Shown: in pieces, positions 1 through 9,293 of the stretch
Layout of the letters: every line of letters starts with the position of its first letter
Position numbering within the stretch: the first letter of the stretch is position 1
Virus record (IMG/VR): IMGVR_UViG_3300042396_000691
Span: 45,716 to 109,715 of that record
Reading direction: 5' to 3' (one strand)
From: a virus
Taxonomy: Duplodnaviria; Caudoviricetes
Length of the DNA: 64,000 nucleotides
The notes under the pieces: model-generated
Database searches by the model: none
Seen by the model: the letters and a program-made list of their open reading frames with translations, nothing else
Told to the model about the DNA's origin: nothing
Made by a program: the position numbers and the translations under genes

Positions 1-2
1 TG

Positions 3-248
3 TTAACAGATTGTTTTTCATTTGGAACAATACCTATTTATTTAGGTAATCCTAAAATAGACTTGTTTTTTGATTCAAATGGAATAATATCTATAGGTTC
101 AGAGGAAGATCTTGATAAGATTGTTCTTAATGAAGAATTATATTGGTCTAGGTTTGATGGTGTAAAAAACAATTTTCAAAAATTGCAGACAATGGAAATG
201 AGCGATGATTATCTTTATCAGCAATGTTTAAAGCTTATGGAGGTTTAA
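3..248 (+). CDS. Glycosyltransferase family 10 (alpha-1,3-fucosyltransferase-like), C-terminal part, truncated by the window edge
   Basis: Frame is open from base 3 and reads LTDCFSFGTIPIYLGNPKIDLFFD, matching the GT10 motif (EK)lxDxFxxGtIPIYxG. Confidence 0.7.
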   Translation, partial: LTDCFSFGTIPIYLGNPKIDLFFDSNGIISIGSEEDLDKIVLNEELYWSRFDGVKNNFQKLQTMEMSDDYLYQQCLKLMEV

Positions 249-249
249 T

Positions 250-486
250 ATGTCTTTATTTAATATTGGTGATATAGTTGCTTTAAAATCTGGTGGAATG
301 CCAATGACGGTTGTTGCTTTTGGAGAAGAAACAAAAGAGGTTTTAGTTGTTTATTTTGATTTGGATGCTAATGTTATGCGAGATGGTTTTCCAGCAGAAT
401 CATTAGAGTTTACAGAAAATAGATGGAAGATGAAATATTGTGTTGATATAAACGAAGAAGATTATACAGATGATGAGGAATTTTAA
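250..486 (+). CDS. YodC/DUF2158 family small protein
   Basis: FNIGDIVALKSGGMPMTV matches the FxxGDxVxLKSGGPxMTV signature; RBS GGAGG upstream. Confidence 0.75.
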   Translation: MSLFNIGDIVALKSGGMPMTVVAFGEETKEVLVVYFDLDANVMRDGFPAESLEFTENRWKMKYCVDINEEDYTDDEEF

Positions 487-848
487 TGCCATACTATGAA
501 TTTTCTTGTGGGTCATGCGAATACAGTTTTGAGATTAAGCTTTCTTTTTCTGAAAGTCATCCTAAAGATTGTCCAAAGTGCAAAAAAGGAAAAGTAAATC
601 AGGTTTATGATGGAAACACCATTGTCTGTATCAAAGGTGGAGATACAATAGGTCAAGTAGGTGAAGCTAATTATAAGAAAGCTGGTGGAAAAATTAAAGA
701 ACACATGGCTAAAAAACAAGAATTGAAAGATTCAAAGTTGCCTTGGTGGAGATCAGGAAAGGTTACTGGATTAAGCAAAAAGGATAAACCTTTAAACTTA
801 TCTAAAATTAAAGATGTTAAAAATTACATAGAAACAGGAGAAGAATAA
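486..848 (+). CDS. FmdB-family zinc-ribbon protein
   Basis: MPYYEFSCGSCEYSFE...CPKC fits the MPxYxxxCxxC...CPxC pattern. Confidence 0.75.
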   Translation: MPYYEFSCGSCEYSFEIKLSFSESHPKDCPKCKKGKVNQVYDGNTIVCIKGGDTIGQVGEANYKKAGGKIKEHMAKKQELKDSKLPWWRSGKVTGLSKKDKPLNLSKIKDVKNYIETGEE

Positions 849-1096
849 TGGCTTTAATTCCTAAAGCTGGAGAAGAATCACCTCATACAGCTATAGTTAG
901 AATACATTGGGAGGTTCTTCCAATCAGTTCTGATGGTTCATACGGATCAAATCAACCAGTTGATATTGGTTTAATATTGCTGAGAGCAGATGGAACTTCT
1001 TTTCAAGAAGCTAAAGTTAAACTTGAATCTTTTTTGAATAATTCTATTGATGACAAAAATTTTGCACATATTTGGAAAAGAGGGCAGTCATCATGA
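848..1096 (+). CDS. Hypothetical protein
   Basis: 82-aa ORF coupled to both neighbours (TAATG and ATGA overlaps). Confidence 0.6.
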   Translation: MALIPKAGEESPHTAIVRIHWEVLPISSDGSYGSNQPVDIGLILLRADGTSFQEAKVKLESFLNNSIDDKNFAHIWKRGQSS

Positions 1097-1386
1097 AAAT
1101 TGAAGATCATGGAAATCTTATTATAAGCTGTAGTAATTGTAATAAACCACTTGTTGATTTATTTATAACTAATACAGACGCAGATATTTATTGGAAATGC
1201 GTTGCAGAATGCTGTTATTGTGGCGATAAAAGCTTTGTAAAAGATGTTAAAGGTATTTTTAGACCAGGTGGATGCGTTACTGTAGACAGAGAAAATCCAG
1301 ATTTTTTTACACAAGACACTCTTTTAACAGATATTGTTACTGAAGAAAATAAAATAATATTCAAAACACAGAAAGGAAAAAAATAA
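1093..1386 (+). CDS. Hypothetical zinc-binding protein
   Basis: CSNC and CCYC motifs; start placed at the ATGA overlap at 1093. Confidence 0.6.
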   Translation: MKIEDHGNLIISCSNCNKPLVDLFITNTDADIYWKCVAECCYCGDKSFVKDVKGIFRPGGCVTVDRENPDFFTQDTLLTDIVTEENKIIFKTQKGKK

Positions 1387-1706
1387 TGTTTTCTGTAATT
1401 GGGTTTGATAAAAATGGTAAAGAATGCGATCATGAAAACTTCTTGTCTCTTGCTAAAAAAAGCACTGATACAGAGTTGAAGAGTGAAAAATTTTGGGTTA
1501 AAGTTTGCACCAATGGAATAGATTCTGGAAAACTTTTTGATCCATCTTCAAACTTGCTAGAAGACTTGAAGCGTTTTGATAACCACACAGATAAACATAG
1601 ATACTCATACAAAAGTGTAAATAGGGAATGTTTTAACTTTTACATTTCTTATTTATCAACCAACAACTCTTCTTTTTTAAAAAATGCTGAAAGGAATATA
1701 TCATGA
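1386..1706 (+). CDS. Hypothetical protein
   Basis: 106-aa ORF with overlapping start and stop codons. Confidence 0.6.
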   Translation: MFSVIGFDKNGKECDHENFLSLAKKSTDTELKSEKFWVKVCTNGIDSGKLFDPSSNLLEDLKRFDNHTDKHRYSYKSVNRECFNFYISYLSTNNSSFLKNAERNIS

Positions 1707-1993
1707 CCAAAAAATCTAAAAATGCTCCCTTGAATGAAATTGAAATATATTTTATTGAGGGCAATTGTTCATCTATGTCTTTGGGTGATATTGCAGAAAA
1801 GCTTAGTAGAGATGTTGAATTTATTAAAGATGTTTACGATAAAGCTAGAACAAAAAAGTCTTTAACATTTCAAACGAAGCTTGGAAGCGTAGCTATGACA
1901 GCAGCACAATCTAGCAAAGGCGATGATATTGTTAGATCAAGTGAGAATGCTGCTTATATGAAAAAATTTAAAGACAGTATTCATAAAATATGA
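1703..1993 (+). CDS. Hypothetical protein, possible HTH
   Basis: MSLGDIAEKLSRDVEFI resembles a helix-turn-helix. Confidence 0.5.
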   Translation: MTKKSKNAPLNEIEIYFIEGNCSSMSLGDIAEKLSRDVEFIKDVYDKARTKKSLTFQTKLGSVAMTAAQSSKGDDIVRSSENAAYMKKFKDSIHKI

Positions 1994-2445
1994 TTTGCAA
2001 AACATACGACAAAGAATATTTTGAAGATAAGACTTGTTGGGCAGTAGAATTGTCCAATGGTGAAACCGTTTATCAAAACGATGGTTTTGATCAAGCTGTT
2101 GAGTTTTCTGCTTGGATTAGACTTAAAGAGTATTTGCACGAAAACAATTTGAAAATAGAAAAAATGTATGTGAGATTTAGATCGAATATTTTTTATCCTT
2201 TAGAAGATTATTGTGAAGGATATTTTTTCTCTATGGGTATCATTGGTATGATGTCATCTGCTGAAAATATAAATTTTTATATATTGGGTTCTATCAAGAA
2301 AGATGTTGTTAGTTTAAAAAAGATAAAAGTTCCAGAACTAATAATTTTTGATGAAGAAGAAAGAAACATTTCTGATTGTACTGAGCAACAAGTAATTTTA
2401 AATACGAAAGAAAATTATGGCAAAGGAAAGATCTTCAAACAGTAG
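1990..2445 (+). CDS. Hypothetical protein
   Basis: 151-aa ORF with ATGA coupling. Confidence 0.6.
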   Translation: MICKTYDKEYFEDKTCWAVELSNGETVYQNDGFDQAVEFSAWIRLKEYLHENNLKIEKMYVRFRSNIFYPLEDYCEGYFFSMGIIGMMSSAENINFYILGSIKKDVVSLKKIKVPELIIFDEEERNISDCTEQQVILNTKENYGKGKIFKQ

Positions 2446-2845
2446 ATATGAATCTAGGCATGGTGGTGGTTGGATAACTCCAGCACAGTTTTTGGCTGAG
2501 TTAATGTGTGAGCGTTTTGCCAAACAAAATCGTCAAGACATACCTCCAAAATTTTGGGATAAACAACCTTGGAAAAAAGAGTTTTTCAAACAGCTTTCTT
2601 TGGCAAACAAACTTTTAGAAAAATATGATCCAGCATTAGTTTCTAAGGCGTTAAGATCACAAGAAGGCAAAAAAATATTTTCTTTAGGTGCTCCTTGGTT
2701 AATAAAACTTATAGAGTATGAAGAATATAAGTTTAAGGAAGCAGATGAGAAAAAGGTTGAGAAAGTAGAATTTTTGCCAATTAAAAAGTCTTTTGTTTCA
2801 AAGAAATCAACACTAAGTAAATTAAAGGATATTGAAAATGAGTGA
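2417..2845 (+). CDS. Hypothetical protein
   Basis: 142-aa basic ORF overlapping its neighbours. Confidence 0.6.
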   Translation: MAKERSSNSRYESRHGGGWITPAQFLAELMCERFAKQNRQDIPPKFWDKQPWKKEFFKQLSLANKLLEKYDPALVSKALRSQEGKKIFSLGAPWLIKLIEYEEYKFKEADEKKVEKVEFLPIKKSFVSKKSTLSKLKDIENE

Positions 2846-4823
2846 TGAAGTAGAAAAAATAATCAAAGAAGTATCAAAACAATATGGTGCTGGTATTGCA
2901 ATAAATGCAAGCGATTTGTTAGATGAAGAAAAGCATGTCATACCGCTTTCTCCAGCTTTAAATCTTGGTTTGCATGGCGGTATACCAGAAGGTTCTTGGG
3001 TCACATGTTCTGGTCATCCAAAAAGCGGAAAAGAACAACCTATATCTGCTCTTGTTTACACTCCAAATGGACCTAAACCAATTGGTGAGTTGATGTTAGG
3101 TGAACATGTATGTACGCATGATGGAAATTCAGCAGAAATTCTTGCTATTTATCCACAAGGAGTTAAAGATGTTTATCGCATAAGTTTTTCTGATGGAACA
3201 TTTGCAGAGTGCGGATTGGATCATCTTTGGTCAATTAAAACAAAAGATCATAAAGATTTTGTTGTTAGACAACTTAAAGATTTTATCAATGATATTTATT
3301 ACAAGTCTGGAAAAGTAGCAAAATATTCTATACCAATTTCTACTCCTGCATTGTTTAATGAAACAACTAAAGAGATTTCTCCATACATAATGGGCATTTT
3401 TCTTGGTGCTGGAATTTTTGGAAAAAATTCAACATATGTAACTCTTGAAAAAGATTTAGATATTGTGAATGAAATGTCTGATAGCGATAAAAAATATATA
3501 GTTTATGACAATGAACCCAAAAAAATCTCTGCTAAAAATTCTAATCCTTTTATAAAGCTTGGACTTTTTAATATTGCAAATAACCAAAAGTTTATTCCCC
3601 CAAAATATTTATTTGATGGCGTTTATAATCGAACAAGATTAATAACTGGCATTTTAAAAGTAGCTGGATATTTAACTAAAGATAAAAGCTTGACTATTAC
3701 AGTATCAAGTCAAAGACTTGCAGAAGATATTGTCACACTCGTTCAATCTTTAGGTGGAATAGGCAACTATTCTGTTCACAAGAACAAAGGTTCAAAAAGA
3801 TATGTCTGCATATTAAAACTTAACATTTTACAAAAAAGAAAAAATAAATTTGAAAGAAAAATAATATCTGTAAAAAAAGTAAGAAAAGAAGAGTGTGTTT
3901 GTATTACTATAAACACTAAAGATGGTTTGTATTTAACTAACAACTTTATAGTTACACATAACACCTTGACCTCACTTTCTTTTGCTGCACAATGTCAAAA
4001 ACCTGAGAATGGTGGTAGACATGTGTATTATCTGAACATTGAAGGTCGATTGAAGCCTATGAACCTAAAGGGTATAGCTGGCTTAAATTTAGACAAGATG
4101 ACAATCTATAGGTCTACTCAAGATAAGATTCTTTCCGCAAAGGACTACCTAAATTTGGCTTTTAAAGCCATTAATACGCATCCAGGAAGTTTGATCATTA
4201 TAGATAGTGTTTCTGCCCTATGTGATGAAAAAGAGATGGATGAGGGCATTGGGTATGAGAATAGAGGGGCTGGTAATAAGCTTTTTGCTGGTTTTTGCAG
4301 ACAAGCAGCCAATATAGTGCCAGTACAAAACTGCATTGTTTGGGCGATTATGCACTTAACCCAATCTCAAGGCATGTATGGTGGTTATACAGAAAAAGGC
4401 TCTAGAACATTGCAGTATCAAGCAGATGTTCAAATGAGGGTTAAATTTGATAAAGCTTGGAATGTTGGCATAGAGGGCAAAGAAAAACAAATCGGTCAAC
4501 AAGTCCATTGGTTGATTGAATCTTGTGCTTTAGGTTCGCCCGGAATGGAAATTGACAGTTATATTCGTTATGGTATTGGTATTGATAATACATATGAAGC
4601 CATAAATCTTGGTTGTCAGCTTGGCCTTATAGCTAAAGCTGGTGCTTGGATGACACTTGATTTTATGCAAAGGCACTTAAAATTGTTAGATTCAAAAGAA
4701 TGGGATGATGCAACAATAAGAAAAGTTAAAACCCAAGGTGCAGAAAAGCTTTATAGGCTACTGCTTGAAAATCCTTTATGGGTAAAAGTTCTTGAGCAAG
4801 AAATAAAAGGTCTTTTATCATGA
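2838..4823 (+). CDS. recA: RecA/UvsX-like recombinase containing an intein
   Basis: LNLGLHGGIPEG; Walker A GHPKSGK|T split by an insertion; Walker B IIIDSVSAL; YGIGID C-terminal motif; ATG at 2838. Confidence 0.9.
   Translation: MSDEVEKIIKEVSKQYGAGIAINASDLLDEEKHVIPLSPALNLGLHGGIPEGSWVTCSGHPKSGKEQPISALVYTPNGPKPIGELMLGEHVCTHDGNSAEILAIYPQGVKDVYRISFSDGTFAECGLDHLWSIKTKDHKDFVVRQLKDFINDIYYKSGKVAKYSIPISTPALFNETTKEISPYIMGIFLGAGIFGKNSTYVTLEKDLDIVNEMSDSDKKYIVYDNEPKKISAKNSNPFIKLGLFNIANNQKFIPPKYLFDGVYNRTRLITGILKVAGYLTKDKSLTITVSSQRLAEDIVTLVQSLGGIGNYSVHKNKGSKRYVCILKLNILQKRKNKFERKIISVKKVRKEECVCITINTKDGLYLTNNFIVTHNTLTSLSFAAQCQKPENGGRHVYYLNIEGRLKPMNLKGIAGLNLDKMTIYRSTQDKILSAKDYLNLAFKAINTHPGSLIIIDSVSALCDEKEMDEGIGYENRGAGNKLFAGFCRQAANIVPVQNCIVWAIMHLTQSQGMYGGYTEKGSRTLQYQADVQMRVKFDKAWNVGIEGKEKQIGQQVHWLIESCALGSPGMEIDSYIRYGIGIDNTYEAINLGCQLGLIAKAGAWMTLDFMQRHLKLLDSKEWDDATIRKVKTQGAEKLYRLLLENPLWVKVLEQEIKGLLS
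3033..3962 (+). mobile_element. Class 3-type intein (310 aa) with a degenerate LAGLIDADG domain, inserted in the RecA P-loop
   Basis: Starts EQPISALVYTPNG; block B ECGLDHLW; block F ECVCITI; block G FIVTHN followed by Thr+1; removal restores GKT. Confidence 0.88.
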
Positions 4824-5224
4824 AAATAAAAGGTTTAGATGGAAGAATGCACTCTTGGTCATTTTATGGTCAAATGCCAGACATAAGTGATGAAAGAAAA
4901 AGATCGGAATTACACATAAGGACTAGGGTGTTGCTTAAATCTTTATATCCAGTAGATAGAATACTTGAAGAAGTTCATTTGCCTGGATCTGGAAATTTGT
5001 ACGCAGATTTTTGGTTGCCATTAAGAAATAAAATCATAGAAGTTCATGGGGAACAGCATTATAAATTTGTTCCCTTCTTTCATGGAACACAGCTAAACTT
5101 TTTGGCATCAAAGGCGAATGACAATAAGAAGAAAGAATGGTGTTTAATTAACGGAATAGTTCTTGTGGAGTTACCATTTAATGAATCAACCGAGCAGTGG
5201 CAATCAAGAATTGAACTTGACTGA
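4820..5224 (+). CDS. PD-(D/E)XK endonuclease, Vsr/DUF559-like
   Basis: LYADFWLP...IIEVHGEQHY...DNKKKEWC...GIVLVELPF. Confidence 0.7.
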   Translation: MKIKGLDGRMHSWSFYGQMPDISDERKRSELHIRTRVLLKSLYPVDRILEEVHLPGSGNLYADFWLPLRNKIIEVHGEQHYKFVPFFHGTQLNFLASKANDNKKKEWCLINGIVLVELPFNESTEQWQSRIELD

Positions 5225-5690
5225 AGAACAAAAGATTGATCTTGCTTTAGAAAAGTATGAATTAACCATTGGGTTAACTCCAATTCCTTCTGATAAAGAG
5301 TTTACATGCATAAAATATTTATACTTATCGCAGGATGATTTATCAAAAATGAGCAGTGAACAATGCTCAGAATCATGTGTTTTACTTAATAGCTTTTCTT
5401 TTCATATAAGCAGAGTTATAAATAAAGAAAAAACAAAATTAAGATGGTGCAACGAAAAGATTTTAAGTGTTGTAGCGAATAATCTTTCGGACTATAGATA
5501 TTTTTCAGCAGAAGAAAGAATGGCTTTGTGCATAAAAGACAACGATTATGCAAAGAAAATAAAAAAGCTATCTGCTTTAATACAAGCAAGAATAGATAGA
5601 ATTGAATATTTACCGATTAGACTTGAAAAAGTTGCTGAATCTTTGTCAAATTTAGCTTACTCAAAAAGGAAAAACAATGAATCTCGTTAA
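5163..5690 (+). CDS. Helical hypothetical protein, possible recombination mediator
   Basis: Helical/coiled-coil character and position near recA; true start probably TTG 5211. Confidence 0.45.
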   Translation: MWSYHLMNQPSSGNQELNLTEEQKIDLALEKYELTIGLTPIPSDKEFTCIKYLYLSQDDLSKMSSEQCSESCVLLNSFSFHISRVINKEKTKLRWCNEKILSVVANNLSDYRYFSAEERMALCIKDNDYAKKIKKLSALIQARIDRIEYLPIRLEKVAESLSNLAYSKRKNNESR

Positions 5691-6093
5691 CATGTTGAAA
5701 ACAGCAGTTGGAAACAAAGATTGGGTATTAGTGTCAAAAGCATTAGATATTTTAGCTGGCGATGAAGAATTTGTTGTTTTATCTACTCCAGTCAAACAAG
5801 TTAATTTTTTATCTAACAAGGCTTCTGTCGGAAGCAAATCTTTAGTTGCACCAACAGCCAATAAGTTTGTTGATGATTTAACACTTGAGTCGGGCTTCAT
5901 AGAAAAGAATCAAAAGCCTTCTAATAAAAGTTATAGGCAACCATTCAAAGAAGGCGATCATTTTTGTGAAGTAAAATGTTCTAGGTGTGGGTGCGTTATG
6001 AAGGTAACAAAAGAAGAACATAAGTTTAGAACAATTGATTCTGAATCAGCACCATTTACATGCATTAAGTGCATTAGAAATTCGAGTAGATAA
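5677..6093 (+). CDS. Hypothetical protein with C-terminal zinc finger
   Basis: CSRC...CIKC. Confidence 0.55.
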   Translation: MNLVNMLKTAVGNKDWVLVSKALDILAGDEEFVVLSTPVKQVNFLSNKASVGSKSLVAPTANKFVDDLTLESGFIEKNQKPSNKSYRQPFKEGDHFCEVKCSRCGCVMKVTKEEHKFRTIDSESAPFTCIKCIRNSSR

Positions 6094-7556
6094 TGAACGA
6101 TGTTGCGTCTGAAAGAGTTATATTGGCTGCTCTTTTTCAAAAGGGTTATGATTGCTATATTGAAATTTGCGATATTGTTGATGAAAACAGTTTTAGTTCT
6201 GATGAAACATCTGCGATATATAAGTGCTTGGTAAAAATAGTAAATGAAAAAGATTCAAAAGCTGATATACCATCAATTATAGCCGTAGCAAATTCTTTAA
6301 AAATACAGCAGTTTTTTCAAAAAGATGATCAAGCTAAATATCTTAGATCTTTGACATTATTGCCAGTTGAAATAGTTAATGCTAAAAAAGCAGCAGCAAA
6401 ATTAAAAAAGATGCAAATTGCTAAGACTTTAGCTTACAACTTATCTAATTGTGCAAATGAGCTTTTGGGCATGACAGGTGACGAACCTATTTCGCAAATA
6501 GTTTCTCTTGCAGAAGCAACTGTTTTAGATCAAACTTTTAAAATTTCGAATGCAGAAGATCCAACCCCAAAAGAAATATCTGAAGGTCTAGATGAATATG
6601 TAAAGTTTTTAGAAGATAATCCAATATCTCAACTTGGCATTTCATCTGGATTTAAAGTTTACGATAGGGCTATTGGTGGCGGTCTTAGACCTGGCACAGT
6701 TAATTTGATTGGTGCAAGAATGAAAACAGGCAAATCATTTTTTGCAGATAATGTTGCAATGAATGTTGCTAAACAAGGTATACCTGTCTTAATGTTTGAC
6801 ACTGAAATGACAGCGAAAGATCATTGGCATAGATTATTAGCTTGTATTGGAAATATTAAAATTGAGGAAATTGAAAATGGTTCTTTTTCAAAAGATTCCT
6901 CAAAAAAGAAAAGGGTTCACGATGCTTCAAAAGCATTGAAAGATATGCCGTTTAAGTATAAGTCTATTGCTGGAAAAAGCTTTGATGAAGTTTTAAGTCT
7001 TGCTAGAAGATGGGTTATAAAAGATGTTGGTTTAGATGATTTTGGTAAAGCAAAGCCATGTTTGATAGTTCTAGACTATATAAAATTGATGGATGATGGA
7101 ACAATATCAAAAAACATTGCTGAATATCAAGCGTTAGGTTTTTTAATGACAAGCCTTCACAATTTTATGGTTCAGTATGGTGTTGCTTGTTTAGCCTTTA
7201 CTCAATTAAATAGAGATGGCATAACAAGAGAGGATACAGATGTTGCATCAGGTTCCGATAGAATTTTGTGGTTGTGCAGCAATTTTTCAATATATAAGCG
7301 TAAAACAGAAGAAGAAATGGCAGATGAAAGTGTTTCTCAGAATAATGTTTCATATAATTTAAAACTAATACCAGTTGTTGCAAGACATGGCAAAGGTATT
7401 GATGCTGGTGATTATATAAACATATCTGCAAATTATGAATATGGAAGAATAACAGAAGGACCAACTAGAAATGAATTTCATCAACTTAGATCAACAAGAA
7501 TTAATAACGGTTTTCAAATAGAGGAATTACCAGATGAAATCTCAGCAACAAATTGA
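6093..7556 (+). CDS. dnaB: Replicative DNA helicase, DnaB family
   Basis: SERVILAAL N-terminus; GISSGF; Walker A GARMKTGKS; FDTEM; IVLDYIKLM; TQLNR. Confidence 0.93.
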   Translation: MNDVASERVILAALFQKGYDCYIEICDIVDENSFSSDETSAIYKCLVKIVNEKDSKADIPSIIAVANSLKIQQFFQKDDQAKYLRSLTLLPVEIVNAKKAAAKLKKMQIAKTLAYNLSNCANELLGMTGDEPISQIVSLAEATVLDQTFKISNAEDPTPKEISEGLDEYVKFLEDNPISQLGISSGFKVYDRAIGGGLRPGTVNLIGARMKTGKSFFADNVAMNVAKQGIPVLMFDTEMTAKDHWHRLLACIGNIKIEEIENGSFSKDSSKKKRVHDASKALKDMPFKYKSIAGKSFDEVLSLARRWVIKDVGLDDFGKAKPCLIVLDYIKLMDDGTISKNIAEYQALGFLMTSLHNFMVQYGVACLAFTQLNRDGITREDTDVASGSDRILWLCSNFSIYKRKTEEEMADESVSQNNVSYNLKLIPVVARHGKGIDAGDYINISANYEYGRITEGPTRNEFHQLRSTRINNGFQIEELPDEISATN

Positions 7557-8649
7557 TTTTAAACTAGCAAATAAAATAATTTCAAAAAATATAGATGTTG
7601 TTTTAAATCACTTCGATATTGAATTAAATTATACGGATGCTTATCTTTCTGGCCCATGCCCAATACATGGTGGAGATAATAAGACTGCATTTAACATTTT
7701 TACATCTGGTAATACGCATGTTGGAAATTGGATATGTTACACGCACCATTGTGAAAAAAGTTTTATAAATAACACCATTGGTTTTATTAGAGGATTGATA
7801 AGTCATAGTAAATATAATTGGTCAAAATCTGGAGATAAAATAGCATCATTTGCAGAAACATTGTACTTAATAAAAAGCTTGTACGATTTTTCAATTGATG
7901 ATAATTTATCTACAAATAAACCTAAAAACATATTAGAATCTTCTGCATTTACAAAGACCACAAAAGAAAAACAGGATAAGTGGAGTAAGACTTCTGTAAG
8001 ATCAAGCTTGTCAATACCATCTAAGTATTATCTTTCTAGGGGCTACACTGAAGAATGCTTAAATAATTATGACATAGGAGAGTCTAATTCCTCTATTGGA
8101 ATATTTAAAGATAGGGTAGTTGTTCCAGTCTATGACACAGATGGAAAATTTATAGTTGGATTCACAGGAAGAACAAAGTATAAAAAGTGTGAAGCATGTA
8201 AACATTATCATAAACAAGAAGCTAGTTGCAATGGTTATGTTCATATGTCTAAGTGGTGTCACAACAAGGGTTTTTCTAAGAAAGACTATTTATATAATTA
8301 TAATTTTGCGATTGAGTCTATTAAAAAAACTGGCGTTGCCATATTGGTAGAAGGACCAGGAGATGTTTGGAGAATTACTGAATCTGGAATTAAAAATTCA
8401 TTAGCTGTATTTGGATCTTCTTTAACAGATGCACAGCAGATTTTATTAGAGTCATCTGGAGCTTTGCACTTAATCCTACTGTTTGATTCAGATGAGGCTG
8501 GTTTAAAGGCTGGCAATAGCATAGAATCTTCTCTTGGTAGAATGTTCAAAATAATTAAGCCAAAATTGCCGAATGGCTTTAAAGATATTGGTGAGATGAG
8601 TGTGGATGATGTTAAAAGTTTTTTACTCCCTATTATGGAAAAGCTGTGA
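7534..8649 (+). CDS. dnaG: DNA primase, DnaG-like
   Basis: CHC2 zinc finger CPIHGGDN...CYTHHC; FKDRVVVP; Toprim LVEGPGD and FDSDEAG. Confidence 0.9.
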   Translation: MKSQQQIDFKLANKIISKNIDVVLNHFDIELNYTDAYLSGPCPIHGGDNKTAFNIFTSGNTHVGNWICYTHHCEKSFINNTIGFIRGLISHSKYNWSKSGDKIASFAETLYLIKSLYDFSIDDNLSTNKPKNILESSAFTKTTKEKQDKWSKTSVRSSLSIPSKYYLSRGYTEECLNNYDIGESNSSIGIFKDRVVVPVYDTDGKFIVGFTGRTKYKKCEACKHYHKQEASCNGYVHMSKWCHNKGFSKKDYLYNYNFAIESIKKTGVAILVEGPGDVWRITESGIKNSLAVFGSSLTDAQQILLESSGALHLILLFDSDEAGLKAGNSIESSLGRMFKIIKPKLPNGFKDIGEMSVDDVKSFLLPIMEKL

Positions 8650-9293
8650 TACAAAAAATAATTGGGTTCTCTGGAAAAAAGGGTTCTGGCAAAGATACTA
8701 TTGCTGGATTTCTTTCATTTAATTCTGTGGCTCTTTTTGGTTGTAGGTCATCCATTTATTCTTTTGCACAACCAATGAAAAAAATAGCTATTGATTTTTT
8801 TGGCTTAAAGCACAAACAAGTTTTTGGATCATTTGAAGATAAAAAAACTTTGACAAACTATTTATGGGAAGATCTTCCACATTACGAAGAAATTAAAATT
8901 CGAGAAGAAGTAGCTCCAACAGGTAAAATGACAGCTAGGGAATTTTTGCAGGAATTTGGAACTGGTATAGCCAGAAGAATGTGTAAAGATGTACACATAA
9001 ATGCTTGTTTTAACGAAATAAGAAATAGTAATTGTCCATTGAATTTTATTACTGATGCAAGGTTTGAAAATGAAGTAGATAGCATTAAAGCAAACGGTGG
9101 AATTGTTATAAGATTAACAAAAAGTACAGAAGACGATTATCACATAAGCGAAAATGAGTTGAACAGTAGTGAAAAATTTGATATTGTTCTAGACAATCAA
9201 AAAATGACAAAAGAAGAACAAAAAGTAGAAATTTTAAAAATTCTTAAGAAATTAGATTGGATAAAGAGTGATTATAACTTACTTAAGGTCTAG
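8646..9293 (+). CDS. Deoxynucleoside monophosphate kinase
   Basis: IIGFSGKKGSGKDT; TAREFLQEFGT; ITDARFENE; HISE, typical of phage dNMP kinases. Confidence 0.88.
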   Translation: MIQKIIGFSGKKGSGKDTIAGFLSFNSVALFGCRSSIYSFAQPMKKIAIDFFGLKHKQVFGSFEDKKTLTNYLWEDLPHYEEIKIREEVAPTGKMTAREFLQEFGTGIARRMCKDVHINACFNEIRNSNCPLNFITDARFENEVDSIKANGGIVIRLTKSTEDDYHISENELNSSEKFDIVLDNQKMTKEEQKVEILKILKKLDWIKSDYNLLKV

